A stretch of 64,000 bases of DNA from NCBI GenBank assembly GCA_041389005.1, contig JAWKSR010000002.1:1482-65481 (forward strand), read 5' to 3'. Positions 36,371 to 45,614 of the stretch are shown piece after piece. Both the position numbers and the translations under genes were made by a program. This stretch comes from Minisyncoccota bacterium. Its GTDB lineage: Bacteria; Patescibacteriota; Minisyncoccia; Phycocordibacterales; UBA918. The notes beneath the pieces are model-generated. The model did not search any database. It saw nothing but the letters and a program-made list of their open reading frames with translations, and was not told the DNA's origin. Every line of letters begins with the position of its first letter. The first letter of the stretch is position 1.

Positions 36371-36985
36371 TTACTGGGACGCCAGCTGATGATTATCAGC
36401 GATAAGCTCCCAAGCACCCGGATTCTTGGGCGATTGCCGCTTCAAGAACTGATATGGCGTGTTGCGCCAGTCCTTGATCACATCGGTCAGGTTGTCGAGA
36501 ACCAGATCGCCGCGGTCAGTGCGAACCGTAAGTACGGCGTGCCCTTCACCATTAGATTGCTTGACCACGGTGAGTAGCAACGCCGACATTGGTAAGCCGA
36601 GATTGTGGAGGAATTCTCGCTTGAGAATTACATACTCCTCACAGTCTCCAGCTCGCCTGCGCCATGCTTCACCTGCATTTTGCCAGTAATCTTCAACGCC
36701 GTGGGCCTCTCGGTCAGTGACTGGTGTCACCCCCCGGTTGACCTGGGTGTTAATCCAAATCAACTGGTTGCGCAACTCTGCTGTCAGCGGAAGCCGCTCC
36801 AAAGACTGAAGCGTCAGCTGACAATCTGCCGGATTCCGCCGGCAGTATTTGTAGTGCCCATCCGGAGATGTGGTGTGCCGTTCGGCGACCATCACCCCCG
36901 TTGGTTCAGCTGCTGACCCCAAGACAGGAGTAGCAACCATGATGATGCTCAGCATAAAGCCGAGGGTTGTAAAGAACTTGGTCAT
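36371..36985 (-). CDS. secreted bacterial transglutaminase-like cysteine proteinase (BTLCP, Peptidase C93/DUF920; LapG family)
   Basis: Signal peptide MTKFFTTLGFMLSIIMVATPVLGSAAEP. Cys-His-Asp contexts RRAGDCEEYVILKREFL, NGEGHAVLTV and DLVLDNL. RBS GGGAGG. Own promoter. Confidence 0.8.
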   Translation of the reverse strand: MTKFFTTLGFMLSIIMVATPVLGSAAEPTGVMVAERHTTSPDGHYKYCRRNPADCQLTLQSLERLPLTAELRNQLIWINTQVNRGVTPVTDREAHGVEDYWQNAGEAWRRRAGDCEEYVILKREFLHNLGLPMSALLLTVVKQSNGEGHAVLTVRTDRGDLVLDNLTDVIKDWRNTPYQFLKRQSPKNPGAWELIADNHQLASQ

Positions 36986-37018
36986 GATTGACCTCCCATT
37001 TTGTTTACACTACCCACT

Positions 37019-37047
37019 ATCTTACCATATAAAATGTAAAAAGTCAA
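37019..37047 (-). promoter_or_regulatory. sigma70-type promoter for the BTLCP gene (TTGACT-17-TAAGAT)
   Basis: Minus strand: TTGACT ttttacattttatatgg TAAGAT. -35 at 37047-37042, -10 at 37024-37019. Confidence 0.5.
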
Positions 37048-37154
37048 TATACACCTGGAAATGTCAACAGAATCACGGCATATCCACTTTTTGGGTGTTT
37101 GCGATCCCTTTCGTGCGCAAACAGTTGCTACTATATGATGTATAAACGTTTTGT

Positions 37155-37997
37155 ATGCAATCGATGGATTACGCGCCTCAAGCGACAAGTGCTCCTATTT
37201 CTCAATCTAAAGCGACAGCAACTATGCCTTCGGTGCGTTTCATGGTTAATGATGCTTGGAAGTATGCGAAAGCAAACTGGGCACTTGCAATTTGGTTTGT
37301 AGGAGTCAGCTTATTGTCTTTAGTGTTGTTTGTGTTTACTTCTACATTTATTTTCTCGGTGCTTTTTACACTTAATCTCACAGGTCTCTGGCTGATGTTG
37401 CCGTTATCTATAGTCTTCACATTAGCAGCAGTAGTGCTTTCTGTTTTAAACGTTGGAGCAGTCCTGTATGCAGTCACGTCAGTATCGCAGATTAGTTACT
37501 GGCAGGGTTTCACTTTAGCGTGGACTAATAAGTGGTCGCTGATTGCTATGTACGTGTTGATTGCAGTTGCAACTGTTGGTGGCTTTATGGCCTTGGTTGT
37601 TCCTGTTGTTGCCGTGGGCGTATACCTTAGTATCGCACCTATTGTATGTGCTCGCGAGAGTTGTAGTCCAGTTGCTTCTTTAAATCGAAGTTGGCAACTA
37701 GTGAGCGGTCACTGGTGGAAATTTTTTGTTAGATTGTTTTATGTTGGTCTCGGGGTTGCTTTTGTTGATTTTATACTCAGTTATATTGCGGAAATGACTG
37801 GCGTCATAGGCGGGCTGGTTCAAATGCTTGTGAGTGCGTTTATTCTTGTTTTCGTGTTGCGAATATTGGTTGTATGGTACGAATTCTTCTTACATAAAGG
37901 CTCAGCCTATACGTCACAGCATAATTGGTGGCTGCTTAGCGTGTTGTTACTTGGCGTTTTGGGCATTTTGCTTTTAGCAGTCTTATATCTCGTGTAA
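37155..37997 (+). CDS. polytopic membrane protein (6-7 TM), hypothetical
   Basis: 280 aa, almost entirely hydrophobic helices. A SWQLVSGHWWKFFVRLFYVGLG segment is reminiscent of DUF975/GDPD-membrane-type domains (tentative). Confidence 0.6.
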   Translation: MQSMDYAPQATSAPISQSKATATMPSVRFMVNDAWKYAKANWALAIWFVGVSLLSLVLFVFTSTFIFSVLFTLNLTGLWLMLPLSIVFTLAAVVLSVLNVGAVLYAVTSVSQISYWQGFTLAWTNKWSLIAMYVLIAVATVGGFMALVVPVVAVGVYLSIAPIVCARESCSPVASLNRSWQLVSGHWWKFFVRLFYVGLGVAFVDFILSYIAEMTGVIGGLVQMLVSAFILVFVLRILVVWYEFFLHKGSAYTSQHNWWLLSVLLLGVLGILLLAVLYLV

Positions 37998-38109
37998 GTT
38001 AATATACGTCTGAATACTACGTCTGTGCACACCCTTGTGTAGTTTGAGCACAACCACCCGCTATAATAAATCAATAGTTTAATAGCCATTTAATACACCC
38101 TCAGCCGGG

Positions 38110-41100
38110 GTGTATCCTATGTTCACCACCCATTCTTTTTGGTCACGTTTTATTGTATTGATACTGGTAATACAGTTGGCACTTCCCCTTCCTGTAGTGG
38201 CGGGCATTAGTGGGTCAAATGATAATGCGGGGGCTGGTCCTGGCGAATCAGATAAATCTGCTGAAGGTGGTGTTGGACAAGGTAGTGGCGGTGGGTCCTC
38301 TTCTGGTTCGGGTAACAATGGTGGTGGCTCTTCCTCTGGCGGTGATCCTGCAGCCGGTGGCGATCCCAGTGCTGGCGGTGATCCTGCAGCCGGTGGCGAT
38401 CCCGCTGGTACCAACACCGGTGGCTTTGACCAAAGTGGTAATATCAGCGCCGGTGGTGGCTTTAATGCCGACGGTAGCATTAGTGACCCCGCTACTGGAG
38501 AAGAAGCAGTGTCTGCCGCTGAAGTAGCTCAAGCCAGTGGTTTAGGTATTGGTATTGACCCGGCCGCTACTGTGGAGGGAATCAATAACGGTACTTTGGG
38601 TAATGGACAAGTGGTTGATAAACAAGGACAAACCCGTGATATTGCAAAAGAACAGGCAATCAGCGACCGGGTTGGCAACGCCTTTGGTGAAGCAAATGAT
38701 CCAGATGTTGAGGCACAGTCCCGAGCTGGTGGATTGGCTGCGAGTGATATCTCAAAGGCTCTTGGCTCCCGTTCACAAGTTTCTGTTACCGGGAGTATGC
38801 TTGATCCAACCCCAGTTGCTAGACAAGGTTTCACGCATACTGGCTTTGTGTCCAACATAACGGATACTTACGATGGCATAACTAACACAAACACCTTATC
38901 TACCTCTCTTAACCCCACGCCAATTTCCGAACAGAAACAATCATCACTTTCACACACTGGTTTTGCTGCGAGTCTTGGTCCGGCCGCACGCTCAGTGAGT
39001 ACTGACACAGTTTCACCGACTAGTCCAAGCTTAGGTATTGGAGCTTTTTCGTTGGAGCCTAACGTGGCTTTAGGCTACGATCGAAACTTCGGTACTTTTT
39101 CCGGAGTAACACGTACTGCTAACGAGTTTGGTCTTGATACAGTTTCGCGCTCAACCCCGGCGGAAATTGCACGAGCTAATCCGACAGCTGCTCTTGCGAA
39201 CGAAAATTTTGCGAATCGTACTACAGAAATTGAGCAAGAGATCGAAGGTTTAAAGGCAAGTATTGCTGCACAGCAGCAAGGTATGATTGACGCTTTGTCA
39301 GTGGATGAAACAGCTACAATTTCCCAGGTAGACACCATTTCCTTACAGGCTGATGAAATGACTCTAGAAGCGCTCGAAGCTGAGTTGGCTGCTCGGCAGA
39401 GTCTTGATCCAACCGCCATGACTGAGGCGACGGCACTAGGTGCGATAGCGGCAAGCGGTCAAACTACAGCAGCAAATGCTCGTGCTCGGGATCAGAGTGT
39501 GCCTGGCGCAGCGCGTGAAGCAGCGCTTGACGCTGCAGATATGGAGGCTTTAGGTCAGCAAATGGAGGCAATAAAAGCGGATGCTGATCTGGCACAGGAA
39601 ATTGCAACGCTCTCAAGAGAGATGGCTCAGAATAATACAGCAAACACAGTAGCTATTGGTTTTGACTACGGTTCAATACGTGGACTGGACCCAACTCCAG
39701 TAGCTGAGATGTCTTTTGATCCAGTCAATAATCCGGGTCTTGGTATTAGTACCCAGGCTGCATTCGGGTATCCAGACACACCTGCCTCCCAGACTGCCAA
39801 CCCTGGTTCCATTTCACGCAACAATCCAACTGTCGATGCACCGACTCCATCAGCACGAGCGTATGCAGAGACTGTGAATACCCTTGAAGGACTTGGTCTT
39901 TCAACGCCAACCGCGCAATCTGTTGCCACCGGTCTTGGCATTGCTGCCCGTTCTGTGCCTGGAGTTGACACACTTTCAAATGCACTTGATGCGGTTGAAT
40001 TGGCTGACAGAGCGCGCCAAGCACGCGAGGCAGCTGCCGCCGCCACCGATCCAACAGTGGCACAGAACAACACTGTTGCTGCTGACGTCTACGGAGCGAT
40101 GGCAACTCAAGCAACCAAAAATGCAGTTGTGAGCGGCGTTATCGACTTAGGTATAACTGTCGCCGCCCCGGCACTGTCACCAAATAATTTTGCACCATCA
40201 GTACGTACTGGTCGGTCGATTAGCGCGCCTGCCAACAACAATTTCGCTTCTGGGGCAGTGGCTACGGATATTGGCAGAACTGCTCAACAGTCAGTCAGTG
40301 ACACTGTGGCAACCGCCAATCGAACTAATTCACCGAACACTAGTGCTACTCCCTCTGGAGTGCGGGCAGCCAATGATAATGTAAGTCCGACCGGGTCTCG
40401 ATCGGTTACTGCAGACGATACGGTAAGTGTTAACGTAAGCCGTGATCCGGTTACGGGCAGTGTCACTGGAGTTTCTGTCGGTATTTCTCGAGGAACAGTT
40501 TCAAGTGCGGCTGCACGTTCGACTGATAATATAGCAGGAACAGTTGGTCGTAGTGCCGATGACGCTCTGGGAGCTGCAGGAACGGCTGCACGTTCAGCAG
40601 ATGACGCAGCTGGCACAGTCGGTCGTAGTGCTGACGATGCGGCAGGTACCGGTGGACGAGTTGGCGAAGACACATCGGGAACAGTCGGGCGTACGGCTGA
40701 TGATACTAGCACCAATGTTGCTCGAGCTAATCAGCAACCGGCTGACCCTGGAGTGAATTTAGGCAATAGTTCCGCTAACGTCCGTGGCGCTACACCCGCT
40801 TCTACGGTGACAAACCAACAAGCACGTGGTGTTGTCGCTGCTTTAAATAGTCGTAATCCTGTCTCAAATCCTACTACTGCGCGCGCCAAGACAGTAGCTG
40901 CTTTAGCAGTAGCAATTAATTTGGCACAAGTAGCTATCCCGTCAGTAGTGCCAACCGCTAGCAAAATAGCCGGAGGAATTACTGAAGTCGCAGTTCGCAC
41001 GGCTGATGATATTTCAGTGTCGTCAGTTCGAGTTGGTGACTTGAGCACAAACATCTCGCGTAATACTGCTAATACAGGAGTAACTGCTAGTCAGGTTTCA

Positions 41101-44097
41101 AGAATTGGTGTTAGTTCGGTTGATGAGACCGCCACTGCAGTAGCGCTCGGCGCCATCGGCACGGTTAATGTTTCAAATCAAATTTCAGTTGCCAATCCAA
41201 ACACCGCTGTCAACAGCCCGTCTGCTTCCGCTTTAGGTGATTTTGATTCTGTAAATCCAACCGGATCGGCAGGAACGCCTGATCGAGCTGTTGGGAGCAC
41301 AGATACTCCAGCTGCTGGTGGGGATGTAAATACAACAGCGAATCCGACTTCACAAAACCCAGGCACTAATCTTGGACGTACCATCGGTTCGACTGTCGGT
41401 GGTTTTGTCAGTGATGCTAGTACGGTAGCGTTACAAACACTCGGTGAGTTTTTTGGAGTACGACCAGCACAGTCTGGTATTAGAGTTGATGGTCAAGTTC
41501 TCACCAACGCTCAGTACGTAGGACTGGGGTACGCTCGTATCGGTACCGAAGATGTAAAAAGTACAGCCCGCACCCTGGCTGGAGAATTGCAAGCGTCAAT
41601 CAGAAACACCTTTGTCAGTAATTATAACCGTGGTGGTTTGCAGGCAGGCTTAGATAGTCTTTCAGTCCGTGATAAGCAAGCAGTAGGAGGAATTATCAAT
41701 ACTGCTGCTAATCGTATTAATCCTGGACGAACTGACTACGATTCTTTCAAAGAAGTATATGAAGCAACGAGTCAATATAGTACGTACAATCCTGGTGAGA
41801 CAGGACCAGGCACCGCTGCGTACCGACAAAATACTGCAGCGCTTGATGCTCTTGCGGAAGCGTTCTTGGATGGAACAGTTGCCCGAATGTATGGCGTCAA
41901 CGTGGCAGTACCATTCCCAACTGCCACTCACTATCACGCTAGTTATGTAAGTCCTGGCTGGAAAAATGATCTCAATCAAGTTTCCCCGGGTTCTTATGGA
42001 CTTCACTTCTTTTATACCACGGTAGGTACGCCACACGGCATTCCGTATAGTCGAGTTGCTTCTCGAGATATAACTGGACCAGTTGCAGTACCGACTACTG
42101 GTAGTCTAATCGCCGCAACTGACGCAGCGCAACACACGAATCCGACACCGCAGCAACAAAATGTGATCCAAAAAGTAAATATTGTACAGCGTCCTTCCTT
42201 GCAGCAATTAGGAAACCCGGATGACGCTCGACCACAGGGAAGCCGAGTGGTTCAACGGGGTCAGACTACGCCAGTAGCACCAAATGATATAACCGCTCTT
42301 AAGGAACGAGCAAGCCAATTACAAGATAGGGTAAATTCTTTAAGAGACACTACGCCACAACAACGTGTGTCTACTCCAGCACAAACCACCTCAGCGCCAA
42401 CACAGACCAATGTCCAAACAACTCCAGGTGTAACGACTCAGGCACCACGGCAGGTAGTGAATGTCTTTATCTCCGGTCTGTTAGGTGATGGAGTTATGCG
42501 TGGAGTGATTTCTTTGGTAAAACAACGTGGATTGGATAATATTGTTCATATTAAAGACAGTAACGTCTCTCAGCGAACAGTGACCGAACAGCTTAAAGCG
42601 CTAGGACCGGACACCGTGGTCAATATCTTTGGTCATTCCCGTGGAGTGTTCCGTGGTATAGAGGTGGCACGGGAATTACAGGCAGCGGGGATGACGGTAG
42701 AAAACTTCTTTGCTTTCGATGGGCATTGGACTGGACTATCAGCTTCCAAAGTGTCACCAAATGTTGCAAATTTTGTTGATTTCCGTCCGGCAGTGGGTTC
42801 GTGGGCAGATCGGTATGGAGCGGACGCCTTTATTGATAAGTCTGCCAACACTGCCACCAACTACCAATCAGTTCGGGTTGGTGGGTTATTGGGAGCAGCT
42901 GGTCAAATCGGCGTAATAGAGGGGTTACTAGGGCCTGTTAGTATTCCCCTCAAGGTTGCAGGTAGTCACGTGGCGGGTGTGTTTAACCCGAGTCTACTAG
43001 ATAGAACAGCAAATACATTTAACCAAGCGCCTTCTCCACAAGTAGTGGAAACAACTCGTCCAGGTGTCACGCAAGAAGCTCCAGCTACCTCACAAACTAA
43101 TAGTCTGTATGATCAGTTACAGCGTGGTATTCAAAACGGCTCACTCACTCTGACAACTACCGGAGCAGACGTAACGGTTGCGACCAAGCCTGGTCAAACA
43201 ACCAATCTTAGTATCCAGGCACCAAATGGTACTCGTTCGGTATTATCTGGTAGTCTTGCTATTACGGTAAATGAAGCTGGTAGCATCAGTATCAAAGGGA
43301 CAACAGGGGACACTAATCTTTCACTCCAAGTCAAAGACCGTGTTATTAGTGGCAAACTCAACATCTCGGTTCAACCTGACGGTAGTGCCGTGGTTGGTAC
43401 ACTAGATAATCAACTAAATGTTGATGGACGCAGTGCCAATGTTAGTGTAAACATTTCAGCATCGGGCGTCTTAGAAGCAATTGGAAATGGTTTTGTTGGT
43501 CAGACCGTCGCTGCTCTTGTGAATGGATTGGTCGGGGGCGCTGGCACCACTGCTCAACAAATCAGCGATATTTTGGGCGAAGTGAGTAAAACAGGTCAAG
43601 GTATTTACTCTGATGCAGTTAGTGGTCAACTATCTGAGACTGCTCCAGCTACTACTGCATCACTTCCAGAACTGACAGATCGTGCTGGTGTAGAGACGCA
43701 AAACGTCAATCCAAGTAATCAAACAACTGGATTTAATCCAACTCCAAGCGATTACTATGCTGGAGCTATTCCTGGCTTGCCTGAGTTAGGGGCGGTACCT
43801 GGGTATGCCCCAGGCACCACCTATGGTGTTACGGCCACTAAAAATGCTCAGCCAGTACAAGGAATTATCACCCACCATGCTTTGGGCACTGCTGAAAGCG
43901 TTGCGGCTTATGGGCAAAAACGTGATGCTAAGCGTGGAGGAGTGTTTGGGTACCATGTTGTGATTGGTGCAAAAAAGATGGGAGTGTCAGCATTGTACAG
44001 GCAGCTCCTCTCGATCAACGTACTAACCATTACTCCAACAAAAGTGCTGCCAGAAATAAAGATGGTGTTCTTGGTCCGCTTAATAGCGTGGGAGTAA
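38110..44097 (+). CDS. giant envelope protein, part 1 of 3 (1,995 aa): N-terminal anchor, Gly-rich PAAG repeats, long Ala/Thr/Ser-rich region, SleB/CwlJ-like cell-wall hydrolase, GxSxG alpha/beta-hydrolase, start of Amidase_2
   Basis: Anchor FWSRFIVLILVIQLALPLPVVAG. SleB-like (about 41680-42020): GGIINTAANRIN...ATHYHASYVSPGW...GLHFFY. GHSRG at 42631-42645. Amidase_2 begins at 43861 (GIITHHALGT...GYHVVIG). Confidence 0.8.
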   Translation: MYPMFTTHSFWSRFIVLILVIQLALPLPVVAGISGSNDNAGAGPGESDKSAEGGVGQGSGGGSSSGSGNNGGGSSSGGDPAAGGDPSAGGDPAAGGDPAGTNTGGFDQSGNISAGGGFNADGSISDPATGEEAVSAAEVAQASGLGIGIDPAATVEGINNGTLGNGQVVDKQGQTRDIAKEQAISDRVGNAFGEANDPDVEAQSRAGGLAASDISKALGSRSQVSVTGSMLDPTPVARQGFTHTGFVSNITDTYDGITNTNTLSTSLNPTPISEQKQSSLSHTGFAASLGPAARSVSTDTVSPTSPSLGIGAFSLEPNVALGYDRNFGTFSGVTRTANEFGLDTVSRSTPAEIARANPTAALANENFANRTTEIEQEIEGLKASIAAQQQGMIDALSVDETATISQVDTISLQADEMTLEALEAELAARQSLDPTAMTEATALGAIAASGQTTAANARARDQSVPGAAREAALDAADMEALGQQMEAIKADADLAQEIATLSREMAQNNTANTVAIGFDYGSIRGLDPTPVAEMSFDPVNNPGLGISTQAAFGYPDTPASQTANPGSISRNNPTVDAPTPSARAYAETVNTLEGLGLSTPTAQSVATGLGIAARSVPGVDTLSNALDAVELADRARQAREAAAAATDPTVAQNNTVAADVYGAMATQATKNAVVSGVIDLGITVAAPALSPNNFAPSVRTGRSISAPANNNFASGAVATDIGRTAQQSVSDTVATANRTNSPNTSATPSGVRAANDNVSPTGSRSVTADDTVSVNVSRDPVTGSVTGVSVGISRGTVSSAAARSTDNIAGTVGRSADDALGAAGTAARSADDAAGTVGRSADDAAGTGGRVGEDTSGTVGRTADDTSTNVARANQQPADPGVNLGNSSANVRGATPASTVTNQQARGVVAALNSRNPVSNPTTARAKTVAALAVAINLAQVAIPSVVPTASKIAGGITEVAVRTADDISVSSVRVGDLSTNISRNTANTGVTASQVSRIGVSSVDETATAVALGAIGTVNVSNQISVANPNTAVNSPSASALGDFDSVNPTGSAGTPDRAVGSTDTPAAGGDVNTTANPTSQNPGTNLGRTIGSTVGGFVSDASTVALQTLGEFFGVRPAQSGIRVDGQVLTNAQYVGLGYARIGTEDVKSTARTLAGELQASIRNTFVSNYNRGGLQAGLDSLSVRDKQAVGGIINTAANRINPGRTDYDSFKEVYEATSQYSTYNPGETGPGTAAYRQNTAALDALAEAFLDGTVARMYGVNVAVPFPTATHYHASYVSPGWKNDLNQVSPGSYGLHFFYTTVGTPHGIPYSRVASRDITGPVAVPTTGSLIAATDAAQHTNPTPQQQNVIQKVNIVQRPSLQQLGNPDDARPQGSRVVQRGQTTPVAPNDITALKERASQLQDRVNSLRDTTPQQRVSTPAQTTSAPTQTNVQTTPGVTTQAPRQVVNVFISGLLGDGVMRGVISLVKQRGLDNIVHIKDSNVSQRTVTEQLKALGPDTVVNIFGHSRGVFRGIEVARELQAAGMTVENFFAFDGHWTGLSASKVSPNVANFVDFRPAVGSWADRYGADAFIDKSANTATNYQSVRVGGLLGAAGQIGVIEGLLGPVSIPLKVAGSHVAGVFNPSLLDRTANTFNQAPSPQVVETTRPGVTQEAPATSQTNSLYDQLQRGIQNGSLTLTTTGADVTVATKPGQTTNLSIQAPNGTRSVLSGSLAITVNEAGSISIKGTTGDTNLSLQVKDRVISGKLNISVQPDGSAVVGTLDNQLNVDGRSANVSVNISASGVLEAIGNGFVGQTVAALVNGLVGGAGTTAQQISDILGEVSKTGQGIYSDAVSGQLSETAPATTASLPELTDRAGVETQNVNPSNQTTGFNPTPSDYYAGAIPGLPELGAVPGYAPGTTYGVTATKNAQPVQGIITHHALGTAESVAAYGQKRDAKRGGVFGYHVVIGAKKMGVSALYRQLLSINVLTITPTKVLPEIKMVFLVRLIAWE
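38338..38409 (+). repeat. coding tandem repeat, 4 x 18 nt (GGDP[A/S]AG)
   Basis: ggcggtgatcctgcagccggtggcgatccc occurs twice. Encodes GGDPAAGGDPSAGGDPAAGGDPAG, with PAAG at 38347-38358 and 38383-38394. Confidence 0.9.
40534..40710 (+). repeat. coding tandem repeat, about 5 x 33 nt (AGTVGRSADDA-like)
   Basis: AGTVGRSADDALGAAGTAARSADDAAGTVGRSADDAAGTGGRVGEDTSGTVGRTADDTS. Confidence 0.85.
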
Positions 44098-45614
44098 GTA
44101 TCGCCATAGAACTTGTATCGCGAGGTGAGTTTAATCGCAATACTTCGTTGCGAGGTCAGTACGGAAATTACAATAATTATGTGAATTCTTCACTGACCAA
44201 CCCACCGCAAGCAGCGGTCGAAGCGGGTGTGGCAGTGATACGGGCCTTAGCAGACCACTTCGATATTAACGTTACTCCAACTACTGTGAGACCGCATTTC
44301 AAAGGTCCTAACGAAGGAGTTGCTCTGGCGCAAGCAGTACTGGACTCATATCGACCTGGCGTTCAAACTTCACCAGCTAACCGTTCCCTCGGAACTATTA
44401 GTACTCAACCAACCACAGAACAGACAGAACAGACAGAACAGACAGGACTAGTGTCAGATACCGCTACTACATTTAATGAAGCGGTTGTCGAACTAGGAGT
44501 CCGTACCGCAAATATCGCTGCCAAATTAAATGAAGCAAATCTCACCGCTACTGAACGCGTAGCCCTTTCTAGTGAACTTGATGCTTTGAATAATGTAGCC
44601 GATAGTCTCGACCGAGCGCAAAGAGAACTAAGTAGCGGCAACACGCAACAAGCTACTGAAGCTATTACGCGCGCTCAAAACCAACTTGATCAAAATATCA
44701 ACAATGATGAACAGAACACCGGTTTGGCTATTGGGTTAGGTGCAATCGGAATAGCGCTGGCGTTGTCTTTGTTGGGAAGTTTGTTTGGTGGACGATTGTC
44801 TAATCAGCAGAACATTGACCCAGATGACCCAGATGCAGATGGCGGTGGTGGACGTTCTGGCACGAGTGACCCATTTGGTGGAGCCTTTTCACCGCAACGT
44901 GAATTCAGTTATCGCACCGCAACTATCTTTGGGGTTATTCCAGTGCTTGCGCTATTGACCACTCTTGTTCAGCAAGCGCTTCAACAATCAGACGATGATC
45001 TTCCTGCAGGAAGTATCCAACAAAATCAAGAAATCACTGTTGCTACCAATCTTGCTTATGACCCAGACACCAATTCGACAAATAATCCAGGAGCACAAAA
45101 CACAAATAACCCTGGAGGAAATAGTAAGACTGGTGGCTGGCTGAGTAAGCTTGGTATCGTAAAGACGCCGTACGCGACTTCCACCGCGTATATACAAAAT
45201 ACGGAAGTGGTGGAGGTTGGTATTGTAAAAGACATACAGACTGGGGAAATTGTGATTAGTCGTGATGTTGGAGAAGGATATCTCAATTATTTTGGGACAG
45301 ATGATTCGCTTATTACAAGTACTACAAGTTTGTATGCAATTGCCAACCATATTGTGCTCAATGAGTATAATGAAGTCGTTTACTCAGATGGTGTATATGC
45401 TCCTGTTACTATAGATGGAATTCAGTATATGCTTCCAGGTGATCCAGAGTATGTTTATGTTGTTACATATACGGATAATGGAGTGCCTGTCCAGATTGAA
45501 AATAATGCTGGAGTTGTTGAAGAGAGTTTCTTAGAAAACGCACTTCTGATAAAGTGTTTACTGATGATGGAGAATTTACACAATATGAAATCATACAGAT
45601 TACCCGTTCACTAA
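44088..45614 (+). CDS. giant envelope protein, part 2 of 3: rest of the Amidase_2 (N-acetylmuramoyl-L-alanine amidase/PGRP) domain, coiled coil, two TM helices
   Basis: Adding one A to the A6 run at 43971-43976 gives GYHVVIGAKKDGSVSIVQAAPLDQRTNHYSN....NSVGVSIAIELV, a continuous Amidase_2 pattern. TM helices at about 44721-44790 and 44917-44975. TEQ x3 repeat at 44415-44444. Confidence 0.75.
   Translation: MGVSIAIELVSRGEFNRNTSLRGQYGNYNNYVNSSLTNPPQAAVEAGVAVIRALADHFDINVTPTTVRPHFKGPNEGVALAQAVLDSYRPGVQTSPANRSLGTISTQPTTEQTEQTEQTGLVSDTATTFNEAVVELGVRTANIAAKLNEANLTATERVALSSELDALNNVADSLDRAQRELSSGNTQQATEAITRAQNQLDQNINNDEQNTGLAIGLGAIGIALALSLLGSLFGGRLSNQQNIDPDDPDADGGGGRSGTSDPFGGAFSPQREFSYRTATIFGVIPVLALLTTLVQQALQQSDDDLPAGSIQQNQEITVATNLAYDPDTNSTNNPGAQNTNNPGGNSKTGGWLSKLGIVKTPYATSTAYIQNTEVVEVGIVKDIQTGEIVISRDVGEGYLNYFGTDDSLITSTTSLYAIANHIVLNEYNEVVYSDGVYAPVTIDGIQYMLPGDPEYVYVVTYTDNGVPVQIENNAGVVEESFLENALLIKCLLMMENLHNMKSYRLPVH

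Noticed and set aside
38079-41384. Pro- or Ala-rich minus-strand and off-frame ORFs inside the giant gene (for example 38079..38480, 39666..40073, 40284..40715)
   Set aside because: These are low-complexity mirror frames of the Gly/Ala/Thr-rich giant ORF. The uninterrupted 5,988-nt plus-strand frame with recognisable domains explains the region.
38338-44444. Short tandem DNA repeats (18-nt x4, 33-nt x5, 9-nt x3), considered as possible CRISPR or satellite arrays
   Set aside because: All are in frame within the giant ORF and encode peptide repeats. They have no spacers, no cas genes and no leader.
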